From the NCBI GenBank assembly GCA_050012755.1, contig JBEKGO010000018.1, positions 1-47,327 of the forward strand: 47,327 bases of DNA. Reading direction: 5' to 3'. Below the pieces are notes generated by a model. That model was not told where the DNA came from. It worked only from the letters and a program-made list of their open reading frames with translations, and did not search any database. The position numbers and the translations under genes are program-made. Numbering within the stretch: position 1 is the stretch's first letter; the number at the start of each line of letters is the position of its first letter. This DNA comes from Candidatus Bathyarchaeia archaeon. GTDB lineage: Archaea > Thermoproteota > Bathyarchaeia > Bathyarchaeales > Bathycorpusculaceae. Shown one piece after another: positions 1-8,801 of this stretch.

Positions 1-70
1 CCAGGTCCTTCACCTCCTCTTCTAATGGTGACGAACCTATCGGATCAAAAAGAAGATAGGATTTGAGGAC

Positions 71-106
71 GCATTCATCCTGCCGCTACCGCGGCAGGTA
101 TTCTGC
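71..106. mobile_element. Putative IS200/IS605-type terminal hairpin; element would extend off the left edge
   Basis: Perfect hairpin CCTGCCGC-TACC-GCGGCAGG (79-98) in a GCATTCAT...TATTCTGC context resembling IS200/IS605 ends. Minus-strand SD GGAGGTGA at 10-17 points to a gene starting at the window edge. Confidence 0.45.
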
Positions 107-132
107 TAGGTTTTTTATAAAATTCTTAATCT

Positions 133-534
133 TTAACAGTATTTTTTATCGTCGTAGCAGTAGTAACGTTTGTATTTTGGGATCCATTTGAGTGGTTTAT
201 TACATGTTGGGCACAGTGGCGGAGTTTTTTGCTTCGTCAGTATTTGTTTTGGCTGTTGGGTTGTTTCTTGCGGTTGGGTTGTTTGTGTTTGATTTCGAGT
301 TTGAGTGAGACTTTGAGATTGAGCTCTTAATATTATGAAGTCGGATGCCGCTTGAACTTCTGACCATTCAACTATTTTGGTTTCCCCACTCTGAGTCTCA
401 ACTGCTAGGGAAACACCTGTCTTTCCAACTTCAAAGGCGATGTCCGCAACTTTTCCAACCAATTGTCCATTAGAATCTATTACTTGCATTGAAACTAAGG
501 AATCTCTTGTTAGAGGTTTACGGGTTTGTGCCAT
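133..534 (-). CDS. PRC-barrel domain protein with Q/T-rich linker and C-terminal zinc-ribbon-like motif
   Basis: MQVIDSNGQLVGKVADIAF...VEWSEVQAASDFIIL is PRC-barrel-like; C-terminal CPTC...YYCYDD. Confidence 0.75.
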   Translation of the reverse strand: MAQTRKPLTRDSLVSMQVIDSNGQLVGKVADIAFEVGKTGVSLAVETQSGETKIVEWSEVQAASDFIILRAQSQSLTQTRNQTQTTQPQETTQQPKQILTKQKTPPLCPTCNKPLKWIPKYKRYYCYDDKKYC

Positions 535-591
535 CTTGATACATCCGTGACAGAGTTTAGGGTTTAACTTGTTTAAAGAATTTTCCCCAAA

Positions 592-1113
592 TTACTCAAG
601 AGGGATTTCCCAGTAGCTTATGATGTCGCCTTTCACCCATTTACCGCCTAAGCTTCTAACAACCTCGTTGATGTCATCCCATTCAGCCTTCAAAAATTGA
701 ATAGGCTTCACAATAACATAGTCGCCCTTTACTGTGAAACTGAGCACCTTACGCTGTTCAGGACTAAATTCATTTTCCATCTTAATCTCTATTTTCCTTG
801 GCTGAATTGTACTCGCAGTTGCAATTTTAGGTTCAGGCTTCGGTTCCGGTTTAACCGTTGACTCCTTCGGTGCAATTTTAGCGTCTTTTGAACCTGTTAG
901 GTTAAATTCTGGGATCGGGTAAGATTCAGCAATGTCCTCGAAACTATCGCTTCTAACTACTGCAAGGACTTGTTTTGAAAATAAATCAAACTTTAAATCT
1001 AACAGTTCTGTGTCGATTGGAAGATTTGATGTAAAATTGGTTGTTTTTCCCTTTAGTAATTCAACAAGCATTTCAGGGGTTAGTTTTACTATCCTCATTT
1101 TCATGTTCTGCAC
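592..1113 (-). CDS. Hypothetical protein, two domains with PEPK linker
   Basis: 173-aa ORF with protein-like composition, co-oriented with neighbours. Confidence 0.7.
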   Translation of the reverse strand: MQNMKMRIVKLTPEMLVELLKGKTTNFTSNLPIDTELLDLKFDLFSKQVLAVVRSDSFEDIAESYPIPEFNLTGSKDAKIAPKESTVKPEPKPEPKIATASTIQPRKIEIKMENEFSPEQRKVLSFTVKGDYVIVKPIQFLKAEWDDINEVVRSLGGKWVKGDIISYWEIPLE

Positions 1114-1234
1114 TCAGAACTGGTTCTAAGGGTCCAAATAACTTAAAAGCCTTGCTAATTGTTTAGGCGTCGAATATTTTGAACGTTAAGTGGAAGAATT
1201 AGCCGATGTTTCAATAAAAACAAAGAGAGTATGG

Positions 1235-1852
1235 TTACTTTGCTTGGGATTTGGCTCTGAGTCGTCTCCATTCAACAAAGTTGCCAGAGTAAACGCCCCA
1301 ACTTTTCAATCTTGGCGTAACCGCTCTTAGCAATGCAGGGCACACGGCAAGTTGGATGACCAAGTTGAGACCATAGGTTGCTAACAGAACGACTACAAAT
1401 GAAAAACCGCCTAGAATACTGAATGCCATAATCCCGATGCTGAAGAGATAGGTATATTGCCATAGAATGTAGGCGGTCCCAATGAAAAGAGAAATAGTGT
1501 AAGCAGATAGAAGAAGAATAAGGTTTCTTTTTGTTTTATTTTCTACAGCATTCCGAGGTATAAGAATCCAATTTAAACCAAATATGATTAGTGCAGTAAC
1601 CGATTCAACCCATGCAGCGTAAGGAGCTACTTGCTCGACATATACTCCCCCGATAAAAGCTCCAATCATGCATCCTGCAAGTCCACTCCATCCGAACCAT
1701 ATTGGAAAAACGCCTAGTAAAATAACTGGAAGGTAGAGTAACGTAAATCCTGGCAACATGCCTGGGGCTGATCCAAAAAACAATACTGCATACATGGCTG
1801 CTACCATTGCGGTTATTGCAACTTGTTTGGCTTTGCTTTGTTGCCTTATCAT
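1235..1852 (-). CDS. QueT-like / ECF S-component membrane protein
   Basis: About 5-6 TM segments. N-terminal KQVAITAMVAAMYAVL and LAGCMIGAFIG parallel the QueT at 43963 (KDLALIAIYAALYAAL, LGHTLGVFIG). Confidence 0.6.
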   Translation of the reverse strand: MIRQQSKAKQVAITAMVAAMYAVLFFGSAPGMLPGFTLLYLPVILLGVFPIWFGWSGLAGCMIGAFIGGVYVEQVAPYAAWVESVTALIIFGLNWILIPRNAVENKTKRNLILLLSAYTISLFIGTAYILWQYTYLFSIGIMAFSILGGFSFVVVLLATYGLNLVIQLAVCPALLRAVTPRLKSWGVYSGNFVEWRRLRAKSQAK

Positions 1853-2014
1853 TTCATCCTAGATCCTTGTTCTTTTGGCGTTTGATGGCTTGAATGGAAA
1901 GATTGAATAAAAGCATTTTCATCTGTATGACAAACGTAATACATTAATTCGTCAAGACGAAAAAAAGTTCATCAGTAAAAAATGAAAAATCCAACGGATA
2001 ACAATCAAGTATAA

Positions 2015-3016
2015 ATGCTCCACAAAAATATTAGATTCCAAACTGCAGCGGCTGTTGTTGTAAAGATGGTCCACCGATCACACTTAACCAAAATTGTAAT
2101 AATCGCAGCCGTCACAATGATTTTGCTTTTGAATCTGTATACATTTGTTATTGCTTACCCAGAAACTTACACAGTAAACGCAGGCATAAACACTTCAGGC
2201 ACCCCGTTGGCAAAAGATTTTTCAGCCTACTACATGGGCGCTTGGAGACTCTGGAATAATCCAGCACACATTTACAATTTTGGAGCCTTAAACGATGGGG
2301 AACCAACCATCCTCCCATATCCTGAAGAATACAAGTATCTGCCATCCTTCCTCCTAATCGTTTCTCCCCTGCTGGTGCTAAATTATCAGCAGGCCCTTCT
2401 TACCTTCGACATAATTCAGTTTATGCTTTTTCCTCTCATGGCGTACATACTGTATAAGCTCCTCGAGAACAAGCACATTGCAGTTGCTTTGGCGGTCATG
2501 GTTGTCGTTTTGCTGCTGCCTTTCCCCACACTGAATCAGGGTTTATCTCCAAGTTACTACTGGCAGTGGGGTGAAGGACAAGCCAAAGTCTTCCTCACCG
2601 TCCTACTTTTACTCAGCTTTTACTTCGGAAACAAAGGCAAACCTTACCTGTCGGGAATTGCTTTAGCCTTTGGATTTTTTGACCCAAGATTCGGATTGCT
2701 TGCGCTGCCACTCTTTATCATGTATAATCGTAAAAACCTCAAAGCTGCAACGATAAGCCTAATTGCCTCATTAGCGTTATCAAATGCAATGCTTCTTTAC
2801 CCGGGAATGGTGCCAAACTTTCTGAGCATGGTTTTTGCCTCCGCCGTCACCACGCCGCTCTACTACTATGCACTAATACCTTTCTTCACTTTGCTGGCTC
2901 TAATCATTGTTAACTTTAAAGAGTTGGTTGCCACATTCGATCGCAAAGGTACCTATGCCAACTTCACAGGTTCGCCAAAACCTCCAGAGAGACAGCAAAA
3001 CATTGCAAAATCTTAG
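2015..3016 (+). CDS. GT87/DUF2029-like membrane glycosyltransferase (start possibly at ATG 2066)
   Basis: DFSAYY, YKYLPSF and GQ motifs with many TM helices, typical of GT-C fold GT87. Confidence 0.7.
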   Translation: MLHKNIRFQTAAAVVVKMVHRSHLTKIVIIAAVTMILLLNLYTFVIAYPETYTVNAGINTSGTPLAKDFSAYYMGAWRLWNNPAHIYNFGALNDGEPTILPYPEEYKYLPSFLLIVSPLLVLNYQQALLTFDIIQFMLFPLMAYILYKLLENKHIAVALAVMVVVLLLPFPTLNQGLSPSYYWQWGEGQAKVFLTVLLLLSFYFGNKGKPYLSGIALAFGFFDPRFGLLALPLFIMYNRKNLKAATISLIASLALSNAMLLYPGMVPNFLSMVFASAVTTPLYYYALIPFFTLLALIIVNFKELVATFDRKGTYANFTGSPKPPERQQNIAKS

Positions 3017-3128
3017 AAACCGGTTGGACATTCTGCCTAGGTCAAGCACGAAGTATGAACCGGCACCAAATTTTGTTCTTTGTGTTTCAGTTTGATTTCT
3101 TAGTTTAGGGTTTGATTTGTTTGCAGGT

Positions 3129-3206
3129 TGCGTTTTTTCCCGTTGTTCTGCGTTGAGGCGCGTGTTCCTGCGTTTTTCTGCGTTTAGTTGCGTTTGTTTG
3201 CGTTCT
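3129..3206. repeat. Array of eight degenerate 10-bp tandem units
   Basis: CGT starts at 3131, 3141, 3151, 3161, 3171, 3181, 3191 and 3201; approximate consensus CGTTTNTYTG. Confidence 0.8.
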
Positions 3207-3376
3207 AGAAAAGTTGATTAATCAACAAAAAAGAATCGTCATAATTTTCTAACGATGTTAGTGGTACCGCTGAAATGCCCTTGAACTCCTCCACCTGTCG
3301 AGATATCCCTGCAAAACCTCTCCTTTTTCTACAGTCTACCAATCAATGAATCATGAGAATACGAAGAACAATTTCC

Positions 3377-3919
3377 CTATTTTCCATCCCTAACCTTTCG
3401 GATCTGCATTTCCTCAGTAAGCAGCCAAGTCTTTCCGTTATCATGTGTTTCCTCGGAATGCCATCTAAAAGACCGAGGTGTAATTTGAGAAAATATCCAT
3501 TTCTCTGGGTAGCCTTCCGTGGTTTTGCCCTCAAGAACTATTTCATCATTCACTTTTCGGGCAATGAAAGTCTGAACAAGTCCCTTGATCGGAGAGAGCC
3601 AAGTGCTTCGCCAAGCATCAATCTTTGAGTCATAGAATCGGATAGTCGTACCGAAAAGAGTGACCTTTTGAGAACCTTCCCGGCAACCCATCCAAACATC
3701 CTGAATGGCCGTACCGCCAAGAATCCATCCGAAGTGGACCTCTCCTTTCATCTTAACCCAGGTTCCATCTGCTTGTGTATATCGGGCTTCGATAATCTCC
3801 CAGTCGCCAACGAATTGGCCGAAGAGCATCAATTTCTTTTTCAAGCTGGGATCAGGACCGTCTGCTCCCAAACCTTTGATCGCCCACACGTTACTTGATT
3901 CATTGGACTTGTTAGCCAT
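3377..3919 (-). CDS. Hypothetical beta-rich protein (DUF1579-like)
   Basis: FGQFVGDW, WILGGTAIQDVW, GTTIRFYD and SFRWHSE...DNGKTW pattern. Confidence 0.6.
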   Translation of the reverse strand: MANKSNESSNVWAIKGLGADGPDPSLKKKLMLFGQFVGDWEIIEARYTQADGTWVKMKGEVHFGWILGGTAIQDVWMGCREGSQKVTLFGTTIRFYDSKIDAWRSTWLSPIKGLVQTFIARKVNDEIVLEGKTTEGYPEKWIFSQITPRSFRWHSEETHDNGKTWLLTEEMQIRKVRDGK

Positions 3920-4199
3920 TTGAAATCACTCATTCAGATATGACAAAGAATATTGTACTGGAAAACAAAATAAATTTTCCCTTGAAACAAAGACCGAGCC
4001 ATCCACTTATGAGGAAAAATCGATTTGAAACACAATTTAATCGGTTCAAACGCTCTAAATTCAGCGATTGATTAGCTTAGGATTTATCAAGACCGATAAT
4101 TTGGCTAAGGGTAAAACTTGAACCCTCCATTCGACGACACCTTCTTAACGTCTTTTTATCTATTAATAGGCAATTAGGCACAAACTAAATACTTCAAGA

Positions 4200-5084
4200 G
4201 TGATACGTTCTGTTATGGGATACCAGCCTCACGCAAAATCGCCTAGACGCGCGATTCACGAGTACAGGAAGTCTCTTCGCGAAAAAGGCAAACACAGAAA
4301 ACGCATTCAAAGACATGTTAACAGACCAAGCCGGGAAGAAAAGCCCACCGCGACTGAAAAAGAGGTTTCAGACGGAACCCTCAAGCAGCTACATACTTTG
4401 GGCAACCAGAAGTTTGGTTCTTCACCATTCAGCCAGCACTTCGAACGTTGGCTTACAGACGTAACGATAGTTCTAAACGAGTTTGAATCTAATCCTAACA
4501 TAATTGTGGATGACCAATTTGTAAGGGAGCGCTCACAAACATACTCCATTATTAAGCAGCAACTTGAAGATAGACGCCGCAACGAAGCTTCACTTGAACA
4601 AGAAATAAAAAATCTATCAGACTCAAGAAAAAACCTTGAACAAATCAACAAAGAATATGTAACTATGGCGAGGGCGATTAAAACCCGAAAAAACCGTGAA
4701 GCCAAACGCCTAAACAGAATTTTAGATAGCCTGAAAAAAGAGCAGGAAAAGGTCATTCAAATGAAAACGGGATTTTTCCGAGGTATTTCAAGAAAGGATA
4801 GAGAAAAGAAGGAAATAGAGGTAGTGCAGGAATTAAACAATAAAGAAAGGGAATTTGAATTACTTGTCCTAGATTTTAATACCAGACAAAAAAAACTTCG
4901 AGAGGACTACGAAACTAGACGGGAGCCAGTTTTGGAGCAAATAAAAAAGTTCAAGAAATTATTCCAGAACCTGGAGACGGATGGTTCCTTAGAAGAAAGA
5001 TGGTTTGCTTGTGAAGCCTTCGTAGATTCAGTAAACGCATTTCTGCAGAGAAAAGCAACCCAGTCCACACGCGGGTCAAACTAA
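4200..5084 (+). CDS. Coiled-coil hypothetical protein (start probably ATG 4215)
   Basis: 294-aa charged, heptad-rich ORF. Confidence 0.65.
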   Translation: MIRSVMGYQPHAKSPRRAIHEYRKSLREKGKHRKRIQRHVNRPSREEKPTATEKEVSDGTLKQLHTLGNQKFGSSPFSQHFERWLTDVTIVLNEFESNPNIIVDDQFVRERSQTYSIIKQQLEDRRRNEASLEQEIKNLSDSRKNLEQINKEYVTMARAIKTRKNREAKRLNRILDSLKKEQEKVIQMKTGFFRGISRKDREKKEIEVVQELNNKEREFELLVLDFNTRQKKLREDYETRREPVLEQIKKFKKLFQNLETDGSLEERWFACEAFVDSVNAFLQRKATQSTRGSN

Positions 5085-5554
5085 AAATCTGTTTTTGCCA
5101 CGCGATACAAATACCACTCCAACCGTTTGGCCCCGTTCTTTTCATAGAATTCTTGTGCTAGCGTGTTCCATTTCAAAACAGTAAATTCTATCCTGCCACA
5201 ACCTTCACTTTTAGCTACATCTCTCAAGAAGTCAAACATTCTTTTGCCTACTCCTCGTCTTCTGTACTCATCAAGAACAAAAATATCTTCAAGAAATAGA
5301 GTGGGCAATGCAAGAAAACTTGAATAAGTGAAGAAAAAAATGACGTATGAAACATATTTCTCGCCAACTTTCCCGATAAGGGCTTTATATTTAGGCTTGT
5401 CAGACAAACAGTCCCTCCTCAACCTTCTTTTCGCTTCGTCATCAGGCGGAGCCAGTTTCTCATATTCAGCCAGTTTGTCAATTAAAGCCAAAAAATCATC
5501 AAAGGTTTCTGCGTTAACTTCTTTGATAACTACCGAATTCTTTGCTTCATCCAT
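5081..5554 (-). CDS. GNAT N-acetyltransferase (diamine acetyltransferase-like)
   Basis: LAEYEKL, LFLEDIFV..YRRRGVGK and VLKWN..A..FYEK.GA motifs. Confidence 0.9.
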   Translation of the reverse strand: MDEAKNSVVIKEVNAETFDDFLALIDKLAEYEKLAPPDDEAKRRLRRDCLSDKPKYKALIGKVGEKYVSYVIFFFTYSSFLALPTLFLEDIFVLDEYRRRGVGKRMFDFLRDVAKSEGCGRIEFTVLKWNTLAQEFYEKNGAKRLEWYLYRVAKTDF

Positions 5555-5630
5555 GCGAGTTATTGGTTGCTTTGAGATAAAAAATTAATTGTTAAAAACA
5601 TGACAAAACCATGCTGTTCTTCAAAGCAGA

Positions 5631-5657
5631 GTGGTGCCGGGGGTGGGTCTTGAACCC
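5631..5657 (-). repeat. att-like duplicate of the tRNA-Leu 3' end
   Basis: 26/27 identical to 7946-7972 (GTGGTGCCGGGGGTGGGWCTTGAACCC). Confidence 0.85.
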
Positions 5658-5857
5658 CACTCCTTTGGTGATGTATCGCCATCTTCGTTTCTCCGCAGAC
5701 CACTTTCCCTTTTACCTTTTGCATAAGATGACCTCACGTTAAGATGCACAAAACTAAACTTTAGCTTCAGCTTTGGAAGACGTTTCTTGAATTTTAGGGC
5801 GAAACTTAGCTTACTTACTTTGGCGTTATCTTATTGTGCAATTTGAAAATTCTTTTT

Positions 5858-7768
5858 TCAGTTCTTGTTTAGTTTTGGAATGGTTATGGTGAATTTTGCT
5901 CCTTTCCCCGGTTCTCCAGTTTCAGATATTGTCCAACCGTAGACTCCTATTATTTTTTCTATTAGTCTCAATCCCAGACCAGATTCATTGCCGGACGTGA
6001 AGCCTTCGCCGAAGAGTTTTGGTTTTTTAGCGCTGGGTATGCCAACTCCATTGTCATCGTAGAAAAGTTTTACTCCATCCTCATCTTTGTTGTAGTGCAG
6101 TCTTATTTGAGTGACTTTTTTCCCGTGCTTTATTGAATTGTCGATGAGGTTGTAGAAGAGTTGCCCAAGCAACGAGTCAGCGATCACCTCTAGTCCTTGA
6201 CATTCATTAACAATTCTTACGGTGCCCAAGTTTGAAAATAGGGCGGCAGCTTGATTGAAGCATTCGGCGACATTCACCTTTGACAATTCTTCAACGCCAA
6301 TTTCCTCGTAAAGACGGCTAAACTCAAGCAGTCTATCTGACGAGTTAATCGCAGAATCAATTTCCTCAAGGTATTTGGCTAATTTTGGATTGTCACCAAT
6401 TTGCTTCTTAAGTGAATAAGCGTTGGTTTTTATGATCATAAGCTTGTTGCGAACATCATGTCTAGTCAAACCGCCAACAACATGGAGCTTCTCGTTCATA
6501 ATTTTTAATTTTAAATGATTCTTCCTAAGCTCCTCTTCAGCTTTCTTGCGTTCACTGATATCTACAACAATCCCTCTTATCGTTGCGACTTTGTTTTGAA
6601 TAATATTTGGAGCAGCCCAAACCATTACAGGAAAAACAGTACCATCTTTCTTCATCAGGGTGTATTCACTAAGGCCAACATTCTCGCCAGATATCATCCT
6701 CTTAATATTTGCTGTTGCTTTTTCTCGTTCATCTGGAACAACTAACCGAGCGAAATTGAAACTGTTGCCGATTTCATCTTGACCATATCCAATAATCTGG
6801 GAAGCTGTCCTATTAATAAACACAAAGTCACCGTTAACATCAATCTCAAATACAATCTCAGGCAACGATTCAGCAAACTCGCGATATTTCGCAACACTAT
6901 CCTTTAGCAACTCTTCGTTCTTCTTGCGTTCAGTAATGTCTCTTGTTAGTCCAATTACTAAAGTCTCTTTGCCAATTGTCATAGGTCCTAAAGAAACTTC
7001 AACTGGAAAGGTACTTCCATCTTTCCGCTTTTGGTGGCTCTCAAAAGTGAACGTCTCACCTGCGATCACCCTTGGCCATAACAAAACGTGCTTTTGGTTT
7101 TCTGCTGGTTCACTATCGATATCGGCAATTGTCATTCTAGATAATTCTTCTTTTGTGTATCCGAGGTTTTTGCAGGCCCGTTGGTTAGCGCCTACGATTC
7201 GACCCTTTGAATCATGAACTAAAATGGCCTCTGATGCCTGCTCCATAAGATTGTGATATCGTTTCTCGCTTTCTTCCAAAGCCTGCTTTGCTTTGCTTCT
7301 ATCGACCACGAGATTAATGCTATGAGTTAGTTCACCATAGACTGTTTCAGGCGAACCCTGCTTATTGTGGTATCCTTCTGCGCCAAGATTTAGCGCTTTT
7401 ATGGCTACTTCTTCTCTGCCTTTCCCAGTAAATAGTATGAAGGGGATTTCGTTTTTCTGTTCACGCAACTCCTTTAGGAATTGCAGCCCATCTTTTTGGG
7501 GCATTTCATAATCAGAAACGACAATATCATAATGCCCGATCGCCAGTTTCCTGAAGGCTTCATCAACATCCAATGCATTGTCAACTTCGAAGTTGCTTTT
7601 CAGCTCCAGAATACTTTTTGAAACTTCTAAAAAAGTTGGGTCATCGTCAACGTGTATAATGCGTAAGCGAATCTTGCCATTAGTTGTTTCTGAATCGCTG
7701 CTTGAGGGTTGAGACAAGATATTACCAACTCTAGAAGAGCAGTTTATGCGAGCATTTACCCTGCTCAC
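5858..7768 (-). CDS. Hybrid sensor kinase: REC-PAS-PAS-HisKA-HATPase (start possibly TTG 7717)
   Basis: HVDDD...VSDYEMP..DG receiver domain, two PAS/PAC units, H-box RHDVRNKL, N-box NLIDNS, G-boxes DNGVG and GLGL. Confidence 0.9.
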   Translation of the reverse strand: MSRVNARINCSSRVGNILSQPSSSDSETTNGKIRLRIIHVDDDPTFLEVSKSILELKSNFEVDNALDVDEAFRKLAIGHYDIVVSDYEMPQKDGLQFLKELREQKNEIPFILFTGKGREEVAIKALNLGAEGYHNKQGSPETVYGELTHSINLVVDRSKAKQALEESEKRYHNLMEQASEAILVHDSKGRIVGANQRACKNLGYTKEELSRMTIADIDSEPAENQKHVLLWPRVIAGETFTFESHQKRKDGSTFPVEVSLGPMTIGKETLVIGLTRDITERKKNEELLKDSVAKYREFAESLPEIVFEIDVNGDFVFINRTASQIIGYGQDEIGNSFNFARLVVPDEREKATANIKRMISGENVGLSEYTLMKKDGTVFPVMVWAAPNIIQNKVATIRGIVVDISERKKAEEELRKNHLKLKIMNEKLHVVGGLTRHDVRNKLMIIKTNAYSLKKQIGDNPKLAKYLEEIDSAINSSDRLLEFSRLYEEIGVEELSKVNVAECFNQAAALFSNLGTVRIVNECQGLEVIADSLLGQLFYNLIDNSIKHGKKVTQIRLHYNKDEDGVKLFYDDNGVGIPSAKKPKLFGEGFTSGNESGLGLRLIEKIIGVYGWTISETGEPGKGAKFTITIPKLNKN

Positions 7769-7946
7769 ACATCAGCCATAAGTCGGCACAGACTTATATG
7801 TTTGTGCTGAGAATCCAAACAACCTTTGCGTACCTATTGCGGTCTGGCCTACTGACAAAACATCTAGAGGGGGCATCTTCATGCTGAGCAAATTTGAGTA
7901 AAGTCAAAATCACCGCCAGGACAAGCCCCGGTATTTTTCAACAGTG

Positions 7947-8069
7947 TGGTGCCGGGGGTGGGACTTGAACCCACGAAGGCCTGCGCCAGAGGATCTTAAG
8001 TCCTCCTCCATATCTTAGGCAATCAAATTTATCTGGCCGCCTATTTAGACCTGGCTCGGATACCCCGGC
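7947..8069 (-). tRNA. tRNA-Leu(TAA) with 35-nt intron at non-canonical position 22/23 (8010-8044); CCA encoded
   Basis: Acceptor GCCGGGG/CCCCGGC-ACCA, anticodon arm GAGGA-CTTAAGA-TCCTC, long variable arm. Bulge-helix motif GUCU/AGAU with outer stem UAGGC/GCCUA; splicing restores CCAGGUCUAAGGAG. Confidence 0.93.
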
Positions 8070-8460
8070 ACCAGCACCGATACAGTCAACACTGTATTGT
8101 TTAAGTTTTTTGCATCCGGTTAGCTTCTCTTTTTTCTTACTTGCAGCCGACATGCGCCAACATAAGATTATGTGGAGTAATTAGGGAATACTATTTGCCA
8201 GTTGAGGAACATGCTCTACGGGAAAATGTGTCCTGATCTTTGAGAGACTGACAAGCGTCTAAGATAATACCACAAAAGGTTTGGTAAGTGCTAACGATAC
8301 AGTCGATGTGGAAACGGGGTTTAGGCTTAACTGGCACTTTTGACTTTTTTTATAATGCAACTATTTCCATAAGTTTTTACTTGAGTTATTCTCGCGAAAA
8401 AATATGTTATGCTTATATTTGCCGATTGATGTATTCTGTTTTTAAGGAGACAAAAAAAGG

Positions 8461-8739
8461 ATGCCCGCTATAGAAGTTGGCAGAATATGCGTAAAACAAG
8501 CTGGCCGAGAGATTGGCAAAAAATGCGTCGTCATAGATGTTATGGATAAAAGCTTTGTTTTAGTAACAGGCCCAAAAAAAGTCACTGGAGTCAAGCGAAG
8601 ACGAGTCAACATAAACCATGTTATGCCTTTGCAGGATAAAGTTGATGTTAAACGTGGCGCGTCAGATGAGGAAGTTGCTTCAGTCTTAGAGGCTGCAGGT
8701 AAACTGCAAGAAATGACGCAACCTGTTAAAACTGCATAG
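8461..8739 (+). CDS. rpl14e: 50S ribosomal protein L14e
   Basis: [23 protein letters not shown]...[10 protein letters not shown]. Confidence 0.97.
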   Translation: MPAIEVGRICVKQAGREIGKKCVVIDVMDKSFVLVTGPKKVTGVKRRRVNINHVMPLQDKVDVKRGASDEEVASVLEAAGKLQEMTQPVKTA

Positions 8740-8801
8740 TTTAAGCTTTAATACCTCTAATTTCTTTTTCTTACATTCAATTAGGAGAGAAAATACGCAA
8801 A

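Noticed and set aside
5858-5860. UGA recoding (Gly or Sec)
   Set aside because: Other well-conserved genes here (sufB, serA, VOC) end normally at TGA, and no SECIS-like hairpin is evident. A point mutation is simpler.
7938-8153. 71-aa ORF
   Set aside because: Overlaps tRNA-Leu on the same strand; a translation artefact.
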